This document shows positions 29,504 to 39,086 of a stretch of DNA of 64,000 nt, piece after piece. Under the pieces are notes generated by a model that ran no database searches, had not been told where the DNA came from, and saw only the letters and a program-made list of their open reading frames with translations. Numbering within the stretch: position 1 is the first letter of the stretch; each line of letters begins with the position of its first letter. The stretch comes from Coprobacillus sp. (GTDB lineage Bacteria; Bacillota_I; Bacilli_A; RFN20; CAG-826): NCBI GenBank assembly GCA_021203745.1, contig JAJQAP010000050.1, positions 92 to 64,091 on the forward strand, given 5' to 3'. The position numbers and the translations under genes are program-made.

Positions 29504-31664
29504 AAACTCTGAAGACTTATCAGCGGATTACTACATTGACCAAAATGACCAACCCCCTGAAGAAAAGAAAAAGCTCACTAAGAAGCAAAAGAATTATATC
29601 ATCGGGTTATCAATAACTGCGGTTATTGTTGTCGCGGTGGCTTTGGTGTATTATTTTGCCGCCACTGTATGGCTCGTAGATTACACAACCCTAGGTTATT
29701 TAACATATGCTTATGAAGCGGATTCAAATGAAGCATCTGTGGTTCGTATTGACCTAGAGAGCGACTATCCAGAAAACTTTAGAATACCCGCGAAGGTAAA
29801 AGGTAAGACAATTACGAAAATTGAGGATGGTGCCTTTAGAGACGCCACACGATTAAAGAGCGTCACTATGACTGATAATATCGTTTCTATCGGTAGTGAA
29901 GCCTTCCAAGGTTGTACAGACTTAGAGACGATTAACTTCTCATCAAGTATCAATTATATTGGGACAAATGCATTTGAGAATACCTATTACTTTGATAACC
30001 TACCTGATGATGATTTAACTTTGGTGGATTCCATTCTCTTAAAAGTGGGTATCAATTATTTTGAACCAGATTCAATCCTTGTTAATAATAAAGCATCATA
30101 TGATGCACTAGATGAAAAATATAAAGCCTACACTAATGTTTACTACTGGGAAGATATGCCAGAAGTTACCATGTGGATGAATGGACTTTTCGCTAATAAT
30201 GAAAATCTCGTTTATGTCGAAATGCCTGATTATTTTGAAGAAGTCCCTGCAAACTCCTTCCAAAATTGCTACAATTTGCTCGGAATTGATTTTCCAGATA
30301 ACGTTCAATCTATCGGTGATTATTGTTTTGCGGGTTGTACCCAGTTAGTGGATGGTAATCTACCTAATACCTTAACATCAATTGGTGATTATGCTTTCCA
30401 AGGAACATCCACCAAGATTCCTACTGATCTCACTCACTGCACAAATATAGGGGTGGGTGCCTTCCAAGATTGCTCTGGTGTTACCTCAATAATTTACCCT
30501 GCAAATTTATCCTCAATCTCTAACTATTGTTTTGATGGATGTTATAATTTAACCGATTTTCAGTTTGAGGATTCTGATACAATTACACTAATTGGTACTG
30601 CATGTTTTAGAGGAACAGGATTTGAATCCTTTACAGTGCCAGAGCATGTTAATGTTATTAGAGACTATACATTCTCTAACTGTGAAAATCTAACAACTCT
30701 ATATCTATATAACAACACCACAAATACTGGTATTACTGAAGAACGTAGCTATACCTGGGAAGAAGAGGATCCTGAAACCGGTGAAATGGTGGAGTATGAA
30801 GAAACATATGAAGTCTTTACCGCAGATGGTGTGGATTCAATTAATGCCTACGCTTTCTATAATTCACCAAAATTCAATACGATTAATCTTTATGATGTAA
30901 ATGGCAATATAACACAGGAACCAGGAGTTATTAATTTACCTGTGACCTTAATTAGAACCACAAACTCTAATGGATCTGTAGGAGGTTACTCATTTGTGGG
31001 TACTTCCGTAAAAGCTGTTAAGTTTAATTATGGAGCGTTAAATGTTGGACAATATCTCTTTAGAAATGTTACCACTCTCGAAAGTGTGAGTTTTGCCGCA
31101 AACGAAGAAGGTGAATACTCCTTAACATCTATTGGTATCAGTGCATTTGAGGGTGATTATAATTTGAGTCAGATTAATTTCCCTAATTCTCTCGAGTCAA
31201 TTGGTACAAGCGCCTTTAAAGGTTGCTCCTCTATTACAAGTGCTCTTCTTGGTCATAGTAATGTAACCTCTATTCCTATTGATTGCTTTAATGGTTGCAG
31301 TTCTTTACAAGAGGTAACAATAGGTAGGTCCGTTACAAGAATCTACGAAGGTTCATTTGATGGAACAGTGTCCTTAAAAGAGATTGTTATACCTTCTAAT
31401 GTAAGCACTATTGGGTCTGCAGGAAGCCCTGTCTTTGTTAATGAAACTGATGATGAACACACAGATAAACTAAATATCTTTATGGAATACACACAATCAC
31501 AATACGAAAGTGCTCGTAACTTCGCTAGTGGTTGGTTTGATCCTACTTGCTGCAATGCTTATCACTATAGTGAAGAAGCACCAGATGCAGATGCCAAACC
31601 AGCAGAAAACTTCAGTGGTTATTGGCACTATGTTGATGGTGAGCCAGTTATCTGGAACAGTTAA
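29496..31664 (+). CDS. membrane-anchored surface protein with BspA-type leucine-rich repeats
   Basis: N-terminal TM (IIGLSITAVIVVAVALVYYFAA). Many repeats of the form I/V-x-I-P-x-x-V-T/S-S-I-G-x-x-A-F-x-G-C-x-x-L characteristic of BspA-like LRRs. ATG overlaps the oppF stop by 8 nt. Confidence 0.7.
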   Translation: MPRNSEDLSADYYIDQNDQPPEEKKKLTKKQKNYIIGLSITAVIVVAVALVYYFAATVWLVDYTTLGYLTYAYEADSNEASVVRIDLESDYPENFRIPAKVKGKTITKIEDGAFRDATRLKSVTMTDNIVSIGSEAFQGCTDLETINFSSSINYIGTNAFENTYYFDNLPDDDLTLVDSILLKVGINYFEPDSILVNNKASYDALDEKYKAYTNVYYWEDMPEVTMWMNGLFANNENLVYVEMPDYFEEVPANSFQNCYNLLGIDFPDNVQSIGDYCFAGCTQLVDGNLPNTLTSIGDYAFQGTSTKIPTDLTHCTNIGVGAFQDCSGVTSIIYPANLSSISNYCFDGCYNLTDFQFEDSDTITLIGTACFRGTGFESFTVPEHVNVIRDYTFSNCENLTTLYLYNNTTNTGITEERSYTWEEEDPETGEMVEYEETYEVFTADGVDSINAYAFYNSPKFNTINLYDVNGNITQEPGVINLPVTLIRTTNSNGSVGGYSFVGTSVKAVKFNYGALNVGQYLFRNVTTLESVSFAANEEGEYSLTSIGISAFEGDYNLSQINFPNSLESIGTSAFKGCSSITSALLGHSNVTSIPIDCFNGCSSLQEVTIGRSVTRIYEGSFDGTVSLKEIVIPSNVSTIGSAGSPVFVNETDDEHTDKLNIFMEYTQSQYESARNFASGWFDPTCCNAYHYSEEAPDADAKPAENFSGYWHYVDGEPVIWNS

Positions 31665-31666
31665 TA

Positions 31667-32818
31667 TTATTTATTAAATTTATTTATAAATTTATCTAAA
31701 GCAATACTAGTAGTCTCAAACGAATAATCTCTGACTACTTTTTCTTTTCCTGTCGCTGCATAGTCGTCTCTCTCTTCTTTTGTTAAAGGAACGACTTTGG
31801 ATATCGCGGCTTTTAACTCTTCAACATCATTTGTTTTAATCCAAATGAGGTCGTTTTTATATGTTTTCATGAGCCTTGTATTTTTTACACTTATTGTGGG
31901 CACCCCAGAATCTAGATAATCTAGTACTTTAAAAGGCACTGTATATCGATCATTATCTTCACTAAAGGGATGACAATTGATATTTACAATAGCGTTAGCT
32001 TCATATGCCAATACGTCTTTATAAGGGATGTTATATAAAAGATGGATATTAGGATTACCTAAAACTTTTTTCTTTAACTCTTCATTATTACCTTGATATC
32101 CACTTATATATAGATCTACATCTTTTAAATTAAGATCTTTATACGCTCTGACAAGATTATAGATACCAAACTTTTCTTTTAAGGTTCCATTATAATAAAT
32201 ATATGGTTTTTTGATATTTAATTCAGTTTTTGGGAGGTTTTCCACAATTCCTTCCACTCTAAGATATGGCTTTTTATTTCTATTGAAGTAGGCATTTAAT
32301 TCATCTGTTGTACAGATGTATCCATCTAAATCATTGCATATTTCATATAGGTGAGTTGTGTATTCTTTTGGAGTGCCATCCACTCCACTTGGAGAGTTAA
32401 TAAACACCCCAACAATAGGGATAGCATATTTCTTTGCCATCTTTTTAGCTTCTTCTACCACAGTGGTGTTTAATGTATCAGTTACAATTAAGGCTTTTTC
32501 TTTATTGAGCTTTTCCATTATCTTTCTTGTTTGTGTGGAATAACTTCTCTTTCTAGCTTGTAAAGGTCTTTTTACTTTTAAGTAGTTATAAGAGACTCCA
32601 TTAACTTCTTTATGCTCTTTTTTAAGTCTTCTATCTATGCATAATGTTCTTGAGAAAGGACGATAGGACAAAACGCTGACAGTATTATTAATACTGAGAC
32701 ATCTGATTAGTTTATTATGATAAACCTGGATTGTTGGATTAATTGATTCTTTCCATCTTATGGAGTAGTGATCATAATCGTTCCCATCAATTGCCGTAGT
32801 AAAATAAATAATATTCAT
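31667..32818 (-). CDS. GT-B fold glycosyltransferase (GT1/GT4-like)
   Basis: C-terminal nucleotide-sugar binding region (FKVLDYLDSGVPTIS ... E-x7-E-like pattern). 383 aa. Convergent with the LRR gene (2-nt gap). Confidence 0.55.
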   Translation of the reverse strand: MNIIYFTTAIDGNDYDHYSIRWKESINPTIQVYHNKLIRCLSINNTVSVLSYRPFSRTLCIDRRLKKEHKEVNGVSYNYLKVKRPLQARKRSYSTQTRKIMEKLNKEKALIVTDTLNTTVVEEAKKMAKKYAIPIVGVFINSPSGVDGTPKEYTTHLYEICNDLDGYICTTDELNAYFNRNKKPYLRVEGIVENLPKTELNIKKPYIYYNGTLKEKFGIYNLVRAYKDLNLKDVDLYISGYQGNNEELKKKVLGNPNIHLLYNIPYKDVLAYEANAIVNINCHPFSEDNDRYTVPFKVLDYLDSGVPTISVKNTRLMKTYKNDLIWIKTNDVEELKAAISKVVPLTKEERDDYAATGKEKVVRDYSFETTSIALDKFINKFNK

Positions 32819-32879
32819 GCTCTCTCCTTCCGTAAGTAAATATTATACATAATATTTATTAAATGTTAAGATATAAATT

Positions 32880-33557
32880 ATGAAAACCGAAATTAATACA
32901 TGGAATGAGTTTTTTAACGAGATTAAAGAAGAGGACTATTCAAAATATCTCTATACATTTTTAGATAAAGAATATGCAGAACACGATTGTCTCCCTAAAA
33001 GAAAAGACGTATTTAAAGCATTTGAACTCACTCCACTTAATGAAGTAAAAGTTGTTATCTTAGGACAAGATCCATATATCAATGATAACCAAGCAATGGG
33101 TCTTTCTTTTAGTGTTCCAGAGGGTCAACCATTACCCCCATCTCTTATTAATATCTACAGTGAAATTGAAAGAGAATTTGGTGGAAAAATGGATTATCAA
33201 AGTGGAGATTTAACATATCTTGCTAGGCAAGGAGTTCTTTTATTAAACACCATCCTATCGGTAAGAAAAGGAGAAAGTATGTCTCATAATATTCCTCAGT
33301 ACCATGAGTTTAGCGCTGAGGTTTTTCAGCTATTAGATTCTATAGATCGACCTATGGTATTTCTTTTATGGGGAAACTACGCAAAAGGATTTAAAAAATA
33401 TATAACTAACCCGAAACACAAGGTATTAACCGCGGTGCATCCATCTCCATTAAGCGCCAATAGAGGGGGTTGGTTTGGATGCAATAACTTCATTGATTGT
33501 AATAAGTTTTTAGAGGAAAATAACATAAAACCCATACATTGGGAAAACGCTCTTTAA
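32880..33557 (+). CDS. ung: uracil-DNA glycosylase (family 1)
   Basis: Water-activating loop ILGQDPY, 4-Pro loop PPS, and HPSPLS motif with catalytic His. Confidence 0.9.
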   Translation: MKTEINTWNEFFNEIKEEDYSKYLYTFLDKEYAEHDCLPKRKDVFKAFELTPLNEVKVVILGQDPYINDNQAMGLSFSVPEGQPLPPSLINIYSEIEREFGGKMDYQSGDLTYLARQGVLLLNTILSVRKGESMSHNIPQYHEFSAEVFQLLDSIDRPMVFLLWGNYAKGFKKYITNPKHKVLTAVHPSPLSANRGGWFGCNNFIDCNKFLEENNIKPIHWENAL

Positions 33558-33582
33558 AAAGACACAGTTTTTTGTTAATATA

Positions 33583-33670
33583 GACTTCGGGAGTTTGGTG
33601 TTAACCAATCTGAGAGGATCCTTCTTAGGGTCGACCGCACCTGATCTAGGTAATGCTAGCGGAGGGACTA
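33583..33670 (+). promoter_or_regulatory. TPP (THI-box) riboswitch aptamer
   Basis: CTTCGGGAG...CTGAGAGG...CGCACCTGATCTAGGTAATGCTAGCGGAGGGA matches the conserved THI-box core (CUGAGA, ACCUGAUCUGGAUAAUGCCAGCGUAGGGAA). Downstream CCCTCCTCC (33678-33686) can pair with SD GGAGG (33695-33699), i.e. a translational expression platform. Confidence 0.8.
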
Positions 33671-33705
33671 TTTTTTACCCTCCTCCTACTATTGGAGGTT
33701 TTATT

Positions 33706-34647
33706 ATGAAAAAAAATAGGATGATGGTTTGCCTCTTTATACTGCTACTATCAATCGCTGGACTTTTTGGTCCTTATGTATCAGTAAATAATACAACAAT
33801 TCGCGCAAATGATCTGATTTTTGCATCCTTAACGAGTGTTTATTCGTATGTTTTATTATTGCCTTATATCCTATTTTTTGTCTGCGGAATCCTTCTTTTA
33901 TTCGACAAAAAGGCAATATCTTACACCGCTTTTATACTATCCATAGTGGCTTGTGTTATCTTTTTCCTAACCCCATTTATTATTTCCTTAATGCCTGAAT
34001 ACAAAAACGATAACATTTCGATGGGTAGCTTTACTCTTGTCATTGGTATTTGCGCTCTAGCCTTGACCCTATACTACTCAGGAGAGATTTTCTCCGCAAA
34101 TCAATTTACCATCTCGGATATTGTCGAGATTGCAATGCTCGTCGCTCTTGCTATCATCTTAGATCTTCCAATCTTTAAGATTAGGATATCTCTTACCGGT
34201 GGTTCTATATCTCTCGCTATGCTTCCTCTCATCATCCTTTGTTTACGAAAAGGATTTGTTAAAGGATTTATCAGCTGTGGAATTATCTATGGCTTACTCG
34301 ATTGTATGATAGATGGGTATGGATTTATTACTTTCCCCTTAGATTATCTTTTAGGATTTGGACTCCTTGCCCTTGTTGGTTTATTTAGAAAATGGATTTT
34401 TAATAAGAAGAAAAAAGTCACATTTATGGGAGTTCTATTTTTGATACTATCTTTGTTAGTGGCTATGGTTGGTCGCACTCTAGCGTCCACTCTATCAGGT
34501 ATCTTTATCTATGAAATGACATTCTGGCCATCCCTTGTTTACCAGTTAACTTATATTGGACCAAGTTTCTTTCTTGTTCTTGTTGTGCTCCTTATTTTAT
34601 ACAAACCACTGCTTGTTATTAATGAGAGATTCCCCCAGAAAAGCTAA
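33706..34647 (+). CDS. thiT: ThiT-like thiamine ECF-transporter S component fused to an extra N-terminal ~140-aa membrane domain
   Basis: Residues ~150-314 align to ThiT (IVEIAMLVALAIILDL; LPLIILCLRKGFVKGFISCGIIYGL; LDYLLGFGLLALVGLFRKW). Sits directly under a TPP riboswitch. True start MKKNRMMV at 33706; the ORF-track TTG start at 33595 reads through the riboswitch. Confidence 0.75.
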   Translation: MKKNRMMVCLFILLLSIAGLFGPYVSVNNTTIRANDLIFASLTSVYSYVLLLPYILFFVCGILLLFDKKAISYTAFILSIVACVIFFLTPFIISLMPEYKNDNISMGSFTLVIGICALALTLYYSGEIFSANQFTISDIVEIAMLVALAIILDLPIFKIRISLTGGSISLAMLPLIILCLRKGFVKGFISCGIIYGLLDCMIDGYGFITFPLDYLLGFGLLALVGLFRKWIFNKKKKVTFMGVLFLILSLLVAMVGRTLASTLSGIFIYEMTFWPSLVYQLTYIGPSFFLVLVVLLILYKPLLVINERFPQKS

Positions 34648-34744
34648 TGGTCTTTACTCTGTTTCTTAACGATTTTTAAACCTTACAAGTTTTATTCTTA
34701 TTTTAATATATTTATGTTAAAATAATTCCCGAGAGGTGATAACT

Positions 34745-36013
34745 ATGGATGATGAAAATTTAAATAGTGAAGAACTAGAAACAAAAGCTGATGATTCAGA
34801 TAAAACAGTTATTACAGAAGAGGCAAAAGAAGAGGTAACTCCTAAAAAGAAAACCACAACAAAGGCCGCTCCAAAAGAAGAAGCCCCAGTTGAAGAAGCA
34901 CCAAAAGAAGAAGTTACTGAGCCAGTTAGTGAAGAAGTAGCTCCAGAAGAAACCGTTACTGAAGAACCAGTAGCAGAAGAGACTCCTGTGGTAGAAGGTG
35001 CTGCGGTTGTGGCAGCCACTGAAGAACTTCCTGACGAACTTGCCACTGATGTAGCAGAAGGATTATCAAAAGCAAAACCTGTAGAATATGAAGGAGCGGT
35101 TGATGACCTTGATGTTGTTGAACAAGATCGACAAGATATATTGAAGAGATATAAAAAGCAAAATCGTTGGTCCTATGTCATTATGATTGCGGTCCTCGTT
35201 TTAGTGGTTGCGGGATTCGTTCTTGTTGTTGTTCAATCTTCTAGTGACGAGGATGGAAGTAGACTATGGATGATGATCCTAGGTTATGTTCTTATCGGTG
35301 TGGGTATTGTCGGTATGATTATCCAATACATCTTCAACCGAAGAAGATTACCAAAGAGAGTGGATGCCTATGCTGCAAAAGCAATAGACATATTTAATGC
35401 CTATAACTACTCAAATCCTGCTTATTCTAAAGTTTATTATGATGAACTTGAAAAGGTTGAACCAAGCGAAATCCTTGCAGATAGAGTCTATTACAATGTT
35501 AGTGATACTAAGTCTCAAGCGGTTGTCAGAGGTTCATTTGGAGATGCAGTATTTAAGAGCGCTAATGTCTGTGTCATGATTCAAGGAGAGAAGAAAAAGT
35601 CTCAAGAAACAGTGTTCTTAGGTAGATATATTACCTATCCTAATAGCCTAAATATCGATAATAGAATTATTCTTAACTTCAAAGGTGTTAAACCTATTGA
35701 CTTACCCACTGATACAATGGATCTAGTTAAACTTGAAGATAGTGATCTCTTTACGGTTTATGGACCAGAAGGAGCGTCTTATAAGAAACTATTAGGTTCT
35801 AAATTTATCAGTGCTTTGCAAAAGATTGAAGTATCAGGATCACTCCTAAATATGAACGTTGTCGTTTGGGCGGGTCACACCGCGGTATACATGACATATG
35901 TCGATGAATTTGTCTCTATTCCTTATCAAGAGCCAGTTAATAAAGACTACTACGCGAAAGGTAGAGATGACATTTTTAATGTTTTAACCGCTTTAAAAAT
36001 TATTAATAAATAA
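34745..36013 (+). CDS. hypothetical membrane-anchored protein with acidic Pro/Glu/Val-rich N-terminal low-complexity region
   Basis: SD GAGAGG then ATG 34745. About 120 aa of EEAP/EEVT repeats, two TM helices (residues ~150-200), and a ~220-aa C-terminal globular domain without recognisable motif. Confidence 0.55.
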   Translation: MDDENLNSEELETKADDSDKTVITEEAKEEVTPKKKTTTKAAPKEEAPVEEAPKEEVTEPVSEEVAPEETVTEEPVAEETPVVEGAAVVAATEELPDELATDVAEGLSKAKPVEYEGAVDDLDVVEQDRQDILKRYKKQNRWSYVIMIAVLVLVVAGFVLVVVQSSSDEDGSRLWMMILGYVLIGVGIVGMIIQYIFNRRRLPKRVDAYAAKAIDIFNAYNYSNPAYSKVYYDELEKVEPSEILADRVYYNVSDTKSQAVVRGSFGDAVFKSANVCVMIQGEKKKSQETVFLGRYITYPNSLNIDNRIILNFKGVKPIDLPTDTMDLVKLEDSDLFTVYGPEGASYKKLLGSKFISALQKIEVSGSLLNMNVVVWAGHTAVYMTYVDEFVSIPYQEPVNKDYYAKGRDDIFNVLTALKIINK

Positions 36014-36018
36014 GTAAG

Positions 36019-36555
36019 GTGATGCCCATGAGTGTTTCAGATCACCTTGTTAGAGTGCTTTCTTATAAACATGATTCCTCCGTGCATAGATCTTGGGAAG
36101 ATATCTTTTTGCTTGACGAAACAGATGATTATATTGCCGCAGGTTCTAGGAGAAATAAGGTGATTGAATCTAACGGAAGAGAATGGATATCAAAAGAGCC
36201 ATCAATATATATCTTCTCTAAAAAGGAATGGTATAACGTTATCTGTATGTTTAAAAAAGAAGGAATATCCTATTACACAAATATAGCCTCTCCTTCTAGT
36301 CTAAAGGATAAAGTCATTACCTATATTGACTATGACTTAGACGCTAAACTACTACCTAATGGATCAATAAAAGTCCTCGATAAAAAGGAATACGCTGCTA
36401 ATAAAGAGAAGTATGGATATCCAGAAGAAACAGATAAAACAATAAGGGACACATTAACTGAAATACTCCGCCTTATGAGGGATAAGGTATTTCCTTTTGA
36501 TAACGAACTTATACAAGAATACTATGATGTATTCCAATCCTATCTATCATTATGA
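36019..36555 (+). CDS. DUF402-family protein (Ntdp/FomD-like nucleoside tri/diphosphatase)
   Basis: 178 aa. Conserved core EWISKEPSIYIFSKKEWYNVICMF...YYTNIASP...YIDYDLD matches the DUF402 (YgaC/Ntdp) pattern. GTG start. Confidence 0.7.
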   Translation: MMPMSVSDHLVRVLSYKHDSSVHRSWEDIFLLDETDDYIAAGSRRNKVIESNGREWISKEPSIYIFSKKEWYNVICMFKKEGISYYTNIASPSSLKDKVITYIDYDLDAKLLPNGSIKVLDKKEYAANKEKYGYPEETDKTIRDTLTEILRLMRDKVFPFDNELIQEYYDVFQSYLSL

Positions 36556-36992
36556 AAAAGACATTAATTACATTAAATGAGCAAGAAACGATGGACTATG
36601 GGGCAAAACTAGCCAATCTTTTAGAACCAGGGACTGTCGTTTGTTTAATTGGGGAACTAGGTGCTGGTAAAACAACATTCGCTAAAGGATTTGCTAAAGG
36701 CCTAGGGATAACAGACACTGTGACATCCCCAACATTTAATATCATGAAAATCTATGATAGTGGTTCTCATATGCTTATCCATATTGATGCTTATCGACTT
36801 GTTGATCAAAACTTTGAGTTAGGTTTAGATGAATTAATTGGAGAGGATGATACATTCACTCTTATTGAGTGGCCAGAATTTGTTTCTGATCTTGTTCCCT
36901 TTGATGCGGTAACCGTAGAGATTAAAGTCATAGGGGAAGATAAAAGACAAATCGATGTGAAAGGTTTCTCTGATAATATAGGACTTTTATAA
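36552..36992 (+). CDS. tsaE: tRNA threonylcarbamoyladenosine biosynthesis ATPase TsaE
   Basis: Walker A GELGAGKTTF. 146 aa. First of tsaE-tsaB-rimI-tsaD. Confidence 0.85.
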   Translation: MKKTLITLNEQETMDYGAKLANLLEPGTVVCLIGELGAGKTTFAKGFAKGLGITDTVTSPTFNIMKIYDSGSHMLIHIDAYRLVDQNFELGLDELIGEDDTFTLIEWPEFVSDLVPFDAVTVEIKVIGEDKRQIDVKGFSDNIGLL

Positions 36993-36993
36993 G

Positions 36994-37590
36994 ATGAGAG
37001 AATATACAATACTTCTAGATTCAAGTTCCACTGACCTCGCTGTGGGTATTGCTTTAGGTAACGATTTACTAAAAGAAACAATCTACCCAGCATGGCAAAA
37101 ACAATCTGAATATATGGTTAGTGAACTCGATAATTTAATGAACGATTTATCGATTACAAAAGACGATATTAAGGATGTCGTCCTGGCAATAGGCCCAGCC
37201 TCATATACAGGAGTAAGAATTGCCCTAACCATAGCAAAAACCATATATTTATGCACAAATTGCGATGTTTATTCAGTTAGTTCCTTACAGATTTTAAAGT
37301 GTGAAAATAAAAAATCTATATGTTTAATTAATGCGAGAAGCGATAGATCATATTTTGGTGTGTATGAGAATTATCTCGTTATTGAAAATGATCAAATTCT
37401 TACAAACGAAGAAGTCAAAGAATATATAAATAGTCATCCAGATTATGTCGTCTGCGGTGATACAAAATACTTAGATATCGAGTCTTATAAAAGTGATGTT
37501 TTAAAAGAGATGTTATTTTTAAAGGACACTCTAAAAAAGGAGGAGAATCCAGATTTACTCTCACCAGTATATCTAAAGAGTTATGAATAA
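36994..37590 (+). CDS. tsaB: tRNA threonylcarbamoyladenosine biosynthesis protein TsaB (inactive Kae1/YeaZ paralogue)
   Basis: ASKHA-fold N-terminus ILLDSSSTDLAVGIALGND, ~200 aa. Operon context. Confidence 0.8.
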   Translation: MREYTILLDSSSTDLAVGIALGNDLLKETIYPAWQKQSEYMVSELDNLMNDLSITKDDIKDVVLAIGPASYTGVRIALTIAKTIYLCTNCDVYSVSSLQILKCENKKSICLINARSDRSYFGVYENYLVIENDQILTNEEVKEYINSHPDYVVCGDTKYLDIESYKSDVLKEMLFLKDTLKKEENPDLLSPVYLKSYE

Positions 37591-38053
37591 CACTGCAATT
37601 TTAGTTAGGGATATGTTAAATGAAGACTTATCAAGAGTTATGGAGCTTGAAGAGGAGTGTTTTCTTGAGCCTTGGACAGAGCCTCAAGTTAAATATGAAC
37701 TTGAGCAAAATGAATTCTCTCGTTCATATGTCGCAGAAATTAACGGAGAAATTGTTGGTTTTGCGATTGCGTATTTTCTCTTTGATAATGCCTCTATTTG
37801 TCAGATAGGCACTGCGAAAGCGTATAGAGAGCAGGGTGTTGGATCCGCCTTAATGAAAGAAATGTTTAATGATTGCTACGCAAAAAAGATTAGCTTTTTA
37901 AACCTTGAACTTAGAGAAGAAAATGAAAAAGCCTACAAATTTTATAAGTCCTTTGGATTTGAAGAGACAATTCGGAAAAAACTATATTACTCAAATGGTG
38001 ATAATGCGATATGTATGACAAGGAGCATGTTAGATGGTAATACTTGGGATTGA
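37583..38053 (+). CDS. rimI: ribosomal-protein-alanine N-acetyltransferase (GNAT)
   Basis: GNAT acetyl-CoA motif QIGTAKAYREQGVGSALM. Position between tsaB and tsaD. Confidence 0.8.
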   Translation: MNNTAILVRDMLNEDLSRVMELEEECFLEPWTEPQVKYELEQNEFSRSYVAEINGEIVGFAIAYFLFDNASICQIGTAKAYREQGVGSALMKEMFNDCYAKKISFLNLELREENEKAYKFYKSFGFEETIRKKLYYSNGDNAICMTRSMLDGNTWD

Positions 38054-39044
38054 GACAAGTTGTGATGAAACAAGTGCCGCTATCATAAAAGATGGTGTTC
38101 TTTTGTCGAACATTGTTTCTTCTCAGATTGAGGAACATGTGAAATTTGGTGGTGTGGTTCCTGAAGTTGCTTCTAGACTCCACGCAGAGAATATTACCCT
38201 TGTTATCCGTAAGGCATTAGAAGAAGCGAAAGTAACACTAGATGATTTAGACGCTGTTGCCGTGACACGTGGTCCAGGATTAGTCGGTGCCTTACATGTT
38301 GGTATTCAAGCCGCTAAGACAATATGTATGCTCTATAACATTCCCCTAATTCCAGTCAATCATTTAATCGGTCATATTTATGCTAATGAATTTGTTAAAC
38401 CATTAGAGTATCCACTTCTTGCGGTTATCGTCAGTGGTGGTCATTCAGAGCTTGTCTTAATGAAAGAAGAGTTAGACTTTCAAGTCCTCGGTCAAACAAG
38501 AGACGATGCAATTGGAGAGTCCTATGATAAAGTTGCTAGGGTTTTAGGTCTTCCCTACCCTGGTGGAGTGCCTATTGATCAAAACGCAAAAGAGGGAGAA
38601 CACATATATAAATTCCCCACTCCATTACATGGGGAAAATACCTATGATTTATCTTATTCAGGATTAAAAACAAATGTTATTAATCTCGTAAATACTCTGC
38701 AAATGAAAGGGGAACCTTACAAAATGCAGGATATTTGCCGTTCTTTTCAGGATGTTGCGGTTGGTCAAGTTATTGAAAGAACTTTAAAAGCGGTTAATGA
38801 TTTTGATATTAAAAACGTTGTCGTTTGTGGTGGTGTATCCGCTAACTCATACTTAAGAAGCAAGATGAAAGAAGAACTAGATAAGTTAGGTGTTAATCTA
38901 ATGATTCCTCCTATTTGGAGTTGCACAGATAATGCCGCGATGATTGCAAAAGCTGGTGAGGTTCTCTATAAGCATAAATTATTTGCCCCATTAACGATTT
39001 CTCCTGATCCTAATTGGAGAGTGGAGGATTATAAATCCTTCTAA
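38034..39044 (+). CDS. tsaD: tRNA N6-adenosine threonylcarbamoyltransferase TsaD
   Basis: LGIETSCDETSAAI N-terminal motif, two His metal ligands (HLIGHIY), Kae1/TsaD family length. Confidence 0.9.
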   Translation: MVILGIETSCDETSAAIIKDGVLLSNIVSSQIEEHVKFGGVVPEVASRLHAENITLVIRKALEEAKVTLDDLDAVAVTRGPGLVGALHVGIQAAKTICMLYNIPLIPVNHLIGHIYANEFVKPLEYPLLAVIVSGGHSELVLMKEELDFQVLGQTRDDAIGESYDKVARVLGLPYPGGVPIDQNAKEGEHIYKFPTPLHGENTYDLSYSGLKTNVINLVNTLQMKGEPYKMQDICRSFQDVAVGQVIERTLKAVNDFDIKNVVVCGGVSANSYLRSKMKEELDKLGVNLMIPPIWSCTDNAAMIAKAGEVLYKHKLFAPLTISPDPNWRVEDYKSF

Positions 39045-39086
39045 TTCCTTCTTTATTATCTACGATGATAAAGATATAATGAAGTT

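Noticed and set aside
33595-33705. TTG-initiated N-terminal extension of the thiT-like ORF
   Set aside because: It reads through the TPP riboswitch aptamer and expression platform. The true start is ATG 33706 behind SD GGAGG.
34717-35046. 109-aa Ser/Thr/Gly-rich minus-strand ORF
   Set aside because: Antisense to the acidic repeat region of the 34745-36013 gene. Low-complexity mirror translation, no start context.
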